A stretch of 64,000 nucleotides of DNA from Bacteroidota bacterium (GTDB lineage: Bacteria > Bacteroidota > Bacteroidia > Bacteroidales > B18-G4). Position 1 is the stretch's first letter, and every line of letters begins with the position of its first letter. Of this stretch, positions 1-7,776 are shown in pieces. Position numbers and translations under genes: made by a program. The stretch is from assembly GCA_018831055.1 (NCBI GenBank), contig JAHJRE010000002.1:97-64096 (forward strand). The letters are read 5' to 3'. Below the pieces are notes generated by a model. It worked only from the letters and a program-made list of their open reading frames with translations. It was not told the DNA's origin and did no database searches.

Positions 1-1
1 G

Positions 2-2374
2 GAACAAACCCTGGAGGCTCAGATATACAGGAATATTCATGAGGTACTCACCGATCCGGGCAACCGGGAGGAAATCATCAAAGAATATCCTGACCCGCGT
101 GTTCACCGAAGAAATACCGGCTATTCCATTGACCTCCTCCTCAATTCAGAGCCTTTTACCAAAGCTGGAGAACCTTTCAACTTCGCTAAGCTTATTGCCG
201 GTTCAGAGGGGACCCTTGCCTTCATCACGGAAATCAAGCTCAACGTAGTGTCGCTACCCCCGCGTTACACAGGATTGGTTTGCGTGCATTTTGAAAGCCT
301 GCCACAAGCCTTCCAGGGAAACCTTATCGCCCTGAAGCATAAACCCGCTGCGGTTGAGTTGATGGACCAAACCATCCTCAGACTTACCGAACAAAATATC
401 GGACTGAGGGATAACCGCTTTTTTATTTCAGGAGATCCTGCAGCCATCCTTATTATAGAATTTACAGGGGAAAGCGAGGAGGAAATCACCCTGCGTGCGG
501 AAGCTATGGAAAAGGAGATGCGCTCTGCCGGAATGGGATACCATTTTCCGCTAATCTCCGGGAAAGACATCAGCAAAGTATGGAACCTCCGGAAAGCAGG
601 ACTGGGCGTGCTTTCTAACATGCCCGGGGACGCTAAACCTGTTTCAGTGATAGAAGACACAGCCGTGCACCCTGAAGTCCTGCCAGATTATATGGATGAT
701 TTCAGCCGGCTCCTGGAGAAATATAAGCTCGAATGTGTTTATCACGCACATATCGCCACAGGAGAACTTCACCTCCGGCCGGTGCTTAATTTAAAAAATC
801 GTGATGATGTTGAACTTTACAGAATCATCGCAGAAGAAACCGCAAGGCTGGTCAAGAAATACAAAGGTTCGCTAAGCGGCGAACACGGTGATGGCAGGCT
901 CAGAGGTGAGTTCATTCCCCTTATGGTTGGTGAAAAAAACTATGCCCTCCTGGAAAATATCAAGGACGCCTGGGACCCCCACCATATTTTTAACCCCGGA
1001 AAGATAACCGCAACACCGGATATGCGGACAAAGCTCCGGTACGAACCCGGACTGGAAACCCGCGATATTGTGACATTTTTTGATTTCTCCAAAGACCAGG
1101 GAGTTCTGCGAGCTACAGAAAAATGCAACGGTTCAGGTGATTGCCGAAAATCTGAAGTCATCGGAGGTACCATGTGCCCGAGCTTTATGGCTACCCGCGA
1201 TGAAAATACCACAACTCGCGCCAGAGCAAATATCCTTCGTGAATTCCTGACAAACTCAGATAAATCCAATCCCTTTAATCACAAAGAGATTTACGATGTG
1301 ATGGACCTCTGCCTGAGTTGTAAAGGATGTAAATCTGAATGTCCATCCAATGTCGACATCACCAAATACAAAGCCGAATTCCTGCAGCATTACTACGATG
1401 CCAATGGAGTACCCCTCCGGGCAAGACTGATCGCAGAAATATCCAATATCAATAAACTGGGGATGATCATGCCGGGAATATTTAATTTCTTTACCGGTAA
1501 CCCATTTACATCAACTATAATAAAAAAGGCTCTGGGATTTGCACCAAGACGCTCAATCCCCCCCCTTTACAAAATTACCCTCAGAGCCTGGATGGCAAAA
1601 AACAGGAATAAGCTCATTGTTAACAGTGAACGAAAAGGCAAAGTATTCCTTTTTGCCGATGAATTCACCCAATATAATGATACTGCCATCGGGATCACAA
1701 CAATCAAACTGTTGACCGAACTGGGATATGAAGTTGAAATACCCGGTCATACATTAAGTGGCAGGACATACCTGTCAAAAGGCCTTGTCAGAAAGGCTAA
1801 GAAGTACGCAGAAAAAAATGTACGCATGCTGTCGGAGAAAATAAATAAGGAAAATCCCCTAATCGGAATTGAGCCTTCAGGAATTTTGACTTTCCGCGAT
1901 GAGTACCGGGAACTTGTTTCTCCGGAGCTCAGGGTTAAAGCAGAACATCTGTCAGGGAACTGTTTCATGATAGATGAATTTATCGCATCCGAATTTGAAA
2001 AGGGAAATATAACTGCGGATCAATTTACAAAAGCTCCACTCAACATCAAACTTCACGGGCATTGTTACCAGAAATCCCTGGCATCGACCAAGCCCACTCA
2101 TATTATGCTTAGTATTCCTGAAAACTATAAAGTTGTGGAGATAAAATCAGGATGTTGCGGAATGGCCGGATCATTCGGTTTTGAGAAGGAGCATTATGAC
2201 TTATCGATGAAAGTCGGGGAACTGGTATTATTTCCTGAAGTAAGAAAAACCGACGCCGAAACCATCATTGCCGCTCCAGGTACCAGCTGCAGGCATCAAA
2301 TCCACGACGGCACCGGCCGCAAAGCCAAACACCCGGCCGAAATCCTCTACGAAGCGTTGAACAAACGTAAATAA
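2..2374 (+). CDS. FAD-linked oxidase fused to an Fe-S (ferredoxin-type / CCG) oxidoreductase domain, GlcD-GlcF or D-lactate dehydrogenase-like; the 5' end lies upstream of the window
   Basis: The frame of the 248..2374 ORF stays open back to nt 2 (EQTLEAQIYRNIHEVL...GSEGTLAFITEIKLN). It carries the FAD-oxidase C-terminal signature GSLSGEHGDGRLRG, the Cys cluster CLSCKGCKSECPSNVD, and a C-terminal Cys-rich GCCGMAGSFG region. Confidence 0.85.
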   Translation, partial: EQTLEAQIYRNIHEVLTDPGNREEIIKEYPDPRVHRRNTGYSIDLLLNSEPFTKAGEPFNFAKLIAGSEGTLAFITEIKLNVVSLPPRYTGLVCVHFESLPQAFQGNLIALKHKPAAVELMDQTILRLTEQNIGLRDNRFFISGDPAAILIIEFTGESEEEITLRAEAMEKEMRSAGMGYHFPLISGKDISKVWNLRKAGLGVLSNMPGDAKPVSVIEDTAVHPEVLPDYMDDFSRLLEKYKLECVYHAHIATGELHLRPVLNLKNRDDVELYRIIAEETARLVKKYKGSLSGEHGDGRLRGEFIPLMVGEKNYALLENIKDAWDPHHIFNPGKITATPDMRTKLRYEPGLETRDIVTFFDFSKDQGVLRATEKCNGSGDCRKSEVIGGTMCPSFMATRDENTTTRARANILREFLTNSDKSNPFNHKEIYDVMDLCLSCKGCKSECPSNVDITKYKAEFLQHYYDANGVPLRARLIAEISNINKLGMIMPGIFNFFTGNPFTSTIIKKALGFAPRRSIPPLYKITLRAWMAKNRNKLIVNSERKGKVFLFADEFTQYNDTAIGITTIKLLTELGYEVEIPGHTLSGRTYLSKGLVRKAKKYAEKNVRMLSEKINKENPLIGIEPSGILTFRDEYRELVSPELRVKAEHLSGNCFMIDEFIASEFEKGNITADQFTKAPLNIKLHGHCYQKSLASTKPTHIMLSIPENYKVVEIKSGCCGMAGSFGFEKEHYDLSMKVGELVLFPEVRKTDAETIIAAPGTSCRHQIHDGTGRKAKHPAEILYEALNKRK

Positions 2375-2393
2375 ACGTTGAATCTTACGTAAA

Positions 2394-2541
2394 TAGTTAC
2401 AGGTTTCAGGTTGCAGGTTGCAGGTTGCAGGTTGCAAGTTACAGGCTGCACCTCGTACCCCAGCCTCCAGCATCTAGAAACCCAGCACCCAGTCACCCAG
2501 CTACCTGTAACCTGTAACCTGTAACCTGCAACCTGCAACCT
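2394..2541. repeat. Heptamer-periodic inverted repeat (tandem AGGTTGC/AAGTTAC/AGGCTGC units facing tandem ACCTGTA/ACCTGCA units); probable bidirectional terminator hairpin
   Basis: Arm 1 is 2401-2449 (aggtttc, aggttgc x4, aagttac, aggctgc). Arm 2 is 2503-2541 (acctgta x3, acctgca x2, acct). Positions 2408-2426 are perfectly complementary to 2523-2541, and pairing extends to about 38 bp with G-T positions. The element fills the gap between convergent stops at 2374 and 2540. Confidence 0.85.
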
Positions 2542-3466
2542 ATTCTTCCTGATTCACGATCACAACCTTTCCGTCGTCCGCAAGGATAGTCTCCGGAAAA
2601 ACAGCTTTTGCTTCGTTAAGTAAAGCACCCAGTGTTTTGTAACGGGCTGAATAATGACCAATCATAAGTCGTTTCACACCGGCCAGTTTGGCAATGGTAG
2701 CTGCCTGTGCGGCGGTTGAGTGGAATTTGTCAGCGGCATCCTGTGCCTTGTCCTCCATAAAGGTTGCCTCATGATATAACAGGTCTGCACCCTTAATTAC
2801 AGGGATAACAGGCTCATAATAAGCCGTATCCGAACAATAAGCATAGGATCGCGGAGGTGGTGGTGGCGTGGTAATGTCTTGATTAAAATAAATGTTACCT
2901 TCAGGATCAATATAGTTTTCACCTTTTTTAATCTTTTGCAGCTCAATATTCGATAGTTGCCTGTTTTCCAGGAAGTCAGCACGGATATTGGGTCTGGCAG
3001 GCTTTTCCCTGAAAAGGAAACCATTTACCGGGAAATTATGGTTCAAAGGAAATGATTCTACGGTGACTGAATCGTTTTCAAATATCATCTCATGCTTTTC
3101 AGGATTGATTTCCTGAAAAAGCATGGGATAACGAAGAACTGTATTGGAGGCATCCAGGTGGATGTCGATGATCTCCTTTAGCTTTGCATGGGCGAAAACA
3201 TACAACTCCTTTGTTCTGCCAAGCAAATGCAAAGAGGTTATGAGTCCAAGCAAACCAAAATAATGATCCCCATGCAGATGAGAGATGAAAATATGGTCAA
3301 TGCGTTGCATCCTGACCCTGCTTTTCCTTAATTGCAACTGTGTACCTTCAGCACAATCAACCAGGTACAGGTTTTCGTGGATATTTAACAGATGGGCACT
3401 GGGGTTCCTCTGCAGCAAAGGTATTGCGGCGCCACTTCCAAGAACGGTTACTGCAAATGTTTTCAT
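2540..3466 (-). CDS. rnz: Ribonuclease Z (metallo-beta-lactamase fold tRNA 3' endonuclease)
   Basis: The N-terminus reads MKTFAVTVLGSGAAIP and the MBL motif reads FISHLHGDHYFGL. Length (308 aa) and C-terminal HYS..R layout are typical of the short form of RNase Z. Confidence 0.85.
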   Translation of the reverse strand: MKTFAVTVLGSGAAIPLLQRNPSAHLLNIHENLYLVDCAEGTQLQLRKSRVRMQRIDHIFISHLHGDHYFGLLGLITSLHLLGRTKELYVFAHAKLKEIIDIHLDASNTVLRYPMLFQEINPEKHEMIFENDSVTVESFPLNHNFPVNGFLFREKPARPNIRADFLENRQLSNIELQKIKKGENYIDPEGNIYFNQDITTPPPPPRSYAYCSDTAYYEPVIPVIKGADLLYHEATFMEDKAQDAADKFHSTAAQAATIAKLAGVKRLMIGHYSARYKTLGALLNEAKAVFPETILADDGKVVIVNQEE

Positions 3467-3483
3467 TATAGTACAAACAAGGG

Positions 3484-3515
3484 AAAAAAAATCCTCCTTT
3501 CGGAGGATTTTTTTT
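3484..3515 (-). terminator. Rho-independent terminator downstream of rpsA (symmetric A-run / stem / T-run, could act on both strands)
   Basis: The sequence is aaaaaaa-ATCCTCC-tttc-GGAGGAT-ttttttt, with stem 3491-3497 / 3502-3508. It lies immediately 3' of the rpsA stop codon. Confidence 0.8.
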
Positions 3516-5550
3516 ATTCGTTATCATTCTGTTCTTCCGCAGGAGCTTTGGATTTCTTTGATTTCTTTTCCTCCTGCTCCATTTCGTCTTTCAGATTTGC
3601 AAGGGCTTCCAGATCTCCGAGGGTCGTTTTCTCGATATTATCCTGTATCTTCTTCACAGCCTTTTTGGAATCCCGCTGAGCGTTTTTAATCTTCGCAGTT
3701 TCCTGTGACTTCTCGGTATCAGCCTTATCCTGGAAAGTTTTTGAATGTGAAAGGATGATCTTCTTGTTATCTTTCGAAAACTCTATCACCTTAAAATCGA
3801 GGCTTTCATCAGCTCTGGCGTTGGTTCCATCTTCTTTGGCAAGATGGCGGTTAGGAACAAAACCTTCCACACCGTAGGGCAGGGATACAACACCGCCCTT
3901 ATCGTTGGTGCTGATAATTGTTCCTTTGTGTATGGAGTTGATGGTAAAGATCGATTCGAATACATCCCAGGGATTCTCTTCAAGCTGCTTATGTCCGAGG
4001 CTGAGCCTGCGGTTTTCAACATCCACTTCCAGCACGATGACATCGATCTCTTCCCCGATCTTTGTAAATTCAGCCGGATGTTTGATCTTCTTCGACCATG
4101 AAAGGTCGGAAATGTGGATCAACCCGTCAACACCTTCTTCAAGTTCAACGAAAATACCGAAATTGGTGAAGTTTCTGACAACAGCCTTGTGCTTCGAATT
4201 CTTCGGATATTTTTCCATGATGTTTTCCCATGGATCCGGGATAAGCTGCTTCATGCCCAGCGACATTTTCCTTTCTTCCCTGTCGAGAGTTAAAATTACA
4301 GCTTCTACTTCGTTGCCAACAGTAAGGAAATCCTGTGCAGTACGCAGATGTTGCGACCACGACATTTCCGAAACATGGATCAGTCCCTCAACACCGGCAG
4401 CAATTTCGATAAAAGCGCCGTAATCGGCAATCACAACAACTTTACCTTTTACCTTATCACCAACCTTGAGATCCGGGTCAAGTGAATCCCACGGATGAGG
4501 TGTAAGTTGCTTCAGACCAAGGGCAATACGCTTTTTCTCGTCGTCAAAATCGAGAATAACAACCTTGATCTTCTCATCAAGCTGCACGATCTCTTCCGGA
4601 TGGTTGATGCGGCCCCAGGAAAGATCAGTAATATGGATAAGACCATCAACACCGCCCAGGTCAACAAATACACCGTATGAAGTGATGTTCTTGACTGTTC
4701 CTTCCAAAACCTGTCCTTTCTCCAGCTTGGTCATAATCTCAGCTTTCTGCTGCTCAAGCTCTGCCTCGATCAGTGCCTTATGCGATACAACCACGTTTTT
4801 AAATTCCTGGTTGATCTTAACTACCTTGAATTCCATGGTCTTGTCAACATACATATCATAGTCGCGGATGGGCTTAACATCAATCTGTGATCCCGGGAGG
4901 AATGCTTCGATTCCAAAAACATCCACGATCAAACCACCCTTGGTCCTGCATTTTACATAACCCTGAATGATCATATCGTTGTCGAAAGCTTCGTTAACGC
5001 GCTCCCACGATTTGAGTATCCTGGCTTTTTTATGCGATAGCACAAGCTGACCAGTTGTATCTTCCTGGCTCTCAACATATACCTCGATTTTGTCGCCGGT
5101 TTTAAGATCTTGCTTATAGCGGAGTTCATTCAACGGGATCACCCCATCTGACTTAAATCCAATATTAACAACTACCTCGCGGTTATTCAGCCCGACCACG
5201 GTACCTTCAATAACCTCATGCTCCGCAATAGAGCTCAGGGTTTTATCATATATCGCTTCAAGCTTTTCTCTTTCTTCGTTGGAATAAACTTCCTGTTTCT
5301 TGCCAATGGTTGACCAATCAAAATCGGCTGGTTTGGGTGCCGCTTTCTCAGCAACAACAGGGGTTTCATTTTGAGGTTCCGGAACGGATTCAGGTTCTGT
5401 TTCTGCAACAGGGGTGCTAATTTCTTCTGTAACAGGTTCTGCAAGCGTTGAATCTTGAATCTCACCGGTTTCGGCCTTTACTTCCGCCTGCGGATTAATT
5501 TCTTCTACGTTTTCGTTTTCCCTGTTAACGTTTTCCTGATTTTCAGTCAT
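3514..5550 (-). CDS. rpsA: 30S ribosomal protein S1, with an acidic N-terminal extension and a Lys/Glu-rich C-terminal extension
   Basis: Six S1/OB repeats are recognisable (e.g. GTVVGLNNREVVVNIGFKSDG, GYVKCRTKGGLIVDVFGIEAFLPGSQ, GTVKNITSYGVFVDLGGVDGLIHITDLSW). At 678 aa it is longer than a typical S1. Confidence 0.9.
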   Translation of the reverse strand: MTENQENVNRENENVEEINPQAEVKAETGEIQDSTLAEPVTEEISTPVAETEPESVPEPQNETPVVAEKAAPKPADFDWSTIGKKQEVYSNEEREKLEAIYDKTLSSIAEHEVIEGTVVGLNNREVVVNIGFKSDGVIPLNELRYKQDLKTGDKIEVYVESQEDTTGQLVLSHKKARILKSWERVNEAFDNDMIIQGYVKCRTKGGLIVDVFGIEAFLPGSQIDVKPIRDYDMYVDKTMEFKVVKINQEFKNVVVSHKALIEAELEQQKAEIMTKLEKGQVLEGTVKNITSYGVFVDLGGVDGLIHITDLSWGRINHPEEIVQLDEKIKVVILDFDDEKKRIALGLKQLTPHPWDSLDPDLKVGDKVKGKVVVIADYGAFIEIAAGVEGLIHVSEMSWSQHLRTAQDFLTVGNEVEAVILTLDREERKMSLGMKQLIPDPWENIMEKYPKNSKHKAVVRNFTNFGIFVELEEGVDGLIHISDLSWSKKIKHPAEFTKIGEEIDVIVLEVDVENRRLSLGHKQLEENPWDVFESIFTINSIHKGTIISTNDKGGVVSLPYGVEGFVPNRHLAKEDGTNARADESLDFKVIEFSKDNKKIILSHSKTFQDKADTEKSQETAKIKNAQRDSKKAVKKIQDNIEKTTLGDLEALANLKDEMEQEEKKSKKSKAPAEEQNDNE

Positions 5551-5676
5551 TCAATAAGTAAATTTGTATGAGCCGGTTGCATACAAGGGCAATACAACAA
5601 GCCCAGGGGTTAATACTTAACATTTTTTTGATTTTCACAGGTTTACTGTGCCCAATTGCCCTCGCAAATTGGCGTG

Positions 5677-5684
5677 CAAAGGTA
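5677..5684 (-). promoter_or_regulatory. Candidate Bacteroidota -7 promoter box (TACCTTTG on the minus strand) for rpsA, implying a ~120-nt leader
   Basis: The plus strand reads caaaggta, which is TAnnTTTG on the coding strand of rpsA, within the divergent rpsA/ychF spacer. Confidence 0.3.
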
Positions 5685-5782
5685 CAAAACATTTCTTGAA
5701 ATAAAAAATACCTTCATTTATCTCTTCAGAATGGAGTCCTTAAAGCCGCGATTAAGTATCTTTACAGCCAAATTTCAATATC

Positions 5783-6880
5783 ATGGCCTTGAAATGTGGT
5801 ATCATAGGTATTACCAATACCGGCAAAACAACTATCTTCAATTGTATCTCAACATCCAAAGCACAGGCTAGCACTTTTGCTTTCAGTGCTACTAAATCAA
5901 ATATCGGAACCGTCAATGTCACCGACGATCGGCTTTTTGCAATTGATAAGCTGATAAAATCTGCGAGAGTAGTTCCTGCTACGATGGAAATCATTGATAT
6001 TCCCGGACTGGCTAAAGGTGCAAGTAAAGGAGAAGGCGTGGGAAACAAATTCCTCGGAGATATTCAGCAAACCGATGCGCTGATCCATGTGCTACGTTGC
6101 TTCGACGACCCTAACCTGCCTCATATCGAAGGCTCCGTTGACCCGGTGCGGGACAAGGAAATCGTTGACCTGGAATTACAGGTACGCGACCTTGAAATGG
6201 TAGAGAGAAAAATGCAAAGGACAGAAAAAGTGGCGAAAGTCGGAGATAAAGATGCAAAAAAAGAACTTGAGATACTGCAGGTATACAAAGATCATCTCGA
6301 AAACTTTCAATCGGCAAGAAGCGTTCCCCTTGACGAGGATGACAGAAAAGCCGTTAAAGACCTTTTCCTGCTTTCTGATAAACCGGTTTTATATGTTTGC
6401 AATGTTGACGATGCCTCCGCTATAAACGGCAATCATTATACAGAAAGGTTCATGGAAGTCGTAAAGGCTGAAAATGCAGAAGTATTGATCATTGCCGGCA
6501 AACTTGAATCGGAAATCACAGAGTTGGAAAGCCACGATGACCGGATGGCGTTTCTTGACGATGCAGGATTAAAGGAACCGGGCGTAAATAAATTGGTGAG
6601 ATCCGCCTATAAACTGTTAAACCTTCAATCGTTTTTTACCGCAGGTCCTAAGGAAGTACGCGCATGGACCATCCATATCGGCATGAAAGCACCGCAGGCC
6701 GCCGGCGTTATTCACAGCGACCTCGAAAGAGGTTTCATCCGCGCCGAAGTGATGAAATACAACGACTTCATTGCTCTGGGATCAGAACACGCCTGCAAGG
6801 AAAAAGGAAAATTCTATGTTGAAGGTAAAAACTATATAGTGGAAGATGGCGATATTATGCACATAAGATTTAATGTGTAA
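5783..6880 (+). CDS. ychF: Redox-regulated ribosome-binding ATPase YchF
   Basis: The P-loop reads MALKCGIIGITNTGKTTIFN. The protein is 365 aa and ends with a TGS-like region (RAWTIHIGMKAPQAAGVIHSDLERGFIRAEV). Confidence 0.95.
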   Translation: MALKCGIIGITNTGKTTIFNCISTSKAQASTFAFSATKSNIGTVNVTDDRLFAIDKLIKSARVVPATMEIIDIPGLAKGASKGEGVGNKFLGDIQQTDALIHVLRCFDDPNLPHIEGSVDPVRDKEIVDLELQVRDLEMVERKMQRTEKVAKVGDKDAKKELEILQVYKDHLENFQSARSVPLDEDDRKAVKDLFLLSDKPVLYVCNVDDASAINGNHYTERFMEVVKAENAEVLIIAGKLESEITELESHDDRMAFLDDAGLKEPGVNKLVRSAYKLLNLQSFFTAGPKEVRAWTIHIGMKAPQAAGVIHSDLERGFIRAEVMKYNDFIALGSEHACKEKGKFYVEGKNYIVEDGDIMHIRFNV

Positions 6881-6955
6881 TCGAAGATGTCAGATCGGAG
6901 ATCGGAGATCGACGATTTGATCTTCGATCTCCGATCTTCGATCTGCGATCTTCGA
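6881..6955. repeat. Heptamer-periodic GATC-rich inverted repeat (GATCGGA units facing TCTTCGA/TCTCCGA units); probable bidirectional terminator hairpin
   Basis: Arms 6881-6912 and 6924-6955 match at 29/32 positions plus one G-T position, with an 11-nt loop. Nine GATC sites fall in 6892-6957, mostly at 7-nt spacing. The element sits between the ychF stop (6880) and the porin-like stop (6957). Confidence 0.85.
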
Positions 6956-6956
6956 T

Positions 6957-7673
6957 CTAAAACGGTAGTGCATACGCTGCACCGAATCCCCATACAAAAG
7001 AAAATGTCTTCATCTTGTTATCCTTATCGGCATCGGGAATATTCACAAACCCAAGGTTTACCCGAAGGTCGGAGAATACTCTCAGGTTCTCCATAATTTC
7101 ATAGGAAGCTCCTCCTCCGATTAACCAGCCAAAATCAATAGTCTTGAAATTGTCTTTGTATTTTTCCGTTTTTGTGACAACTGTGGGAGGCGCAAAAGGA
7201 TTATTCGGATCATATATATAGTCCTGGTATGTAACTTCCTTATCACCATCTACTCTAACTCCCATCAGAAATCCAACAAAAAATCCCGTGTTGGCAAAAA
7301 CATTCAGTTTATCCATTACTTCAAAATCACCCCGAGCCATGAATGGAATAGTAAAATAACCCAATCTTAACTTTGTTGTTTCTCCTGAATACTTGAACTT
7401 GGTCCCTTTGCCTTCATAGTTAAGTTCTACCTGTGCACTGATCAGATCCGATATTTGATAAGTCCCATGAACCCCAAATAAAAATCCCATGCCCATCTTG
7501 TTGTCATCCACATCACTCCCATACAGGTTTTTAAAAACAGGGCCAAACTTAGCTCCGGCCATAATTTTCGGACCGCCGCCTCCACCCGTCTCAACAGCTT
7601 CAATAACCATTTCCTGGGAGAATACTCCAAAGGCTATCATCATAGCCACGAAAAAAATCATTGCTTTTTTCAT
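6957..7673 (-). CDS. Outer-membrane beta-barrel protein (porin / OmpA-like beta-barrel family)
   Basis: A signal peptide (MKKAMIFFVAMMIAFGVFSQ) is followed by alternating amphipathic strands and a C-terminal aromatic residue (..AAYALPF). Confidence 0.65.
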   Translation of the reverse strand: MKKAMIFFVAMMIAFGVFSQEMVIEAVETGGGGGPKIMAGAKFGPVFKNLYGSDVDDNKMGMGFLFGVHGTYQISDLISAQVELNYEGKGTKFKYSGETTKLRLGYFTIPFMARGDFEVMDKLNVFANTGFFVGFLMGVRVDGDKEVTYQDYIYDPNNPFAPPTVVTKTEKYKDNFKTIDFGWLIGGGASYEIMENLRVFSDLRVNLGFVNIPDADKDNKMKTFSFVWGFGAAYALPF

Positions 7674-7700
7674 ATCAATTTGTATTAGGTTAATTTATCG

Positions 7701-7708
7701 CAAAGATA
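7701..7708 (-). promoter_or_regulatory. Candidate -7 promoter box (TATCTTTG on the minus strand) for the beta-barrel gene
   Basis: The plus strand reads caaagata, 27 nt upstream of the 7673 start codon. Confidence 0.3.
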
Positions 7709-7776
7709 AAAATATGAAATCAAATTTGACAGAAAAGAGTGAAATTATGTGGGTTGGGGGCTGGGGAATTATCTGC

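Noticed and set aside
2228-2538. ORFs 2228..2473 (-) and 2347..2538 (-), with repetitive translations such as ATCNLQPATCNLQPETCN and LQVAGYRLQVTGS
   Set aside because: They are read straight through the heptamer repeat element. The low-complexity peptides follow the DNA periodicity, and the ORFs overlap the 3' end of a well-supported gene. They are spurious.
2394-2541. Possibility that the tandem-repeat tracts are CRISPR arrays
   Set aside because: The units are 7 nt long with no unique spacers between them, and no cas genes are present. The architecture is that of inverted tandem microrepeats, not repeat-spacer.
6887-7096. ORF 6887..7096 (+), translating MSDRRSEIDDLIFDLRSSICDLRS
   Set aside because: The N-terminus is a translation of the GATC heptamer hairpin, and the rest is antisense to the beta-barrel gene. 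It is spurious.
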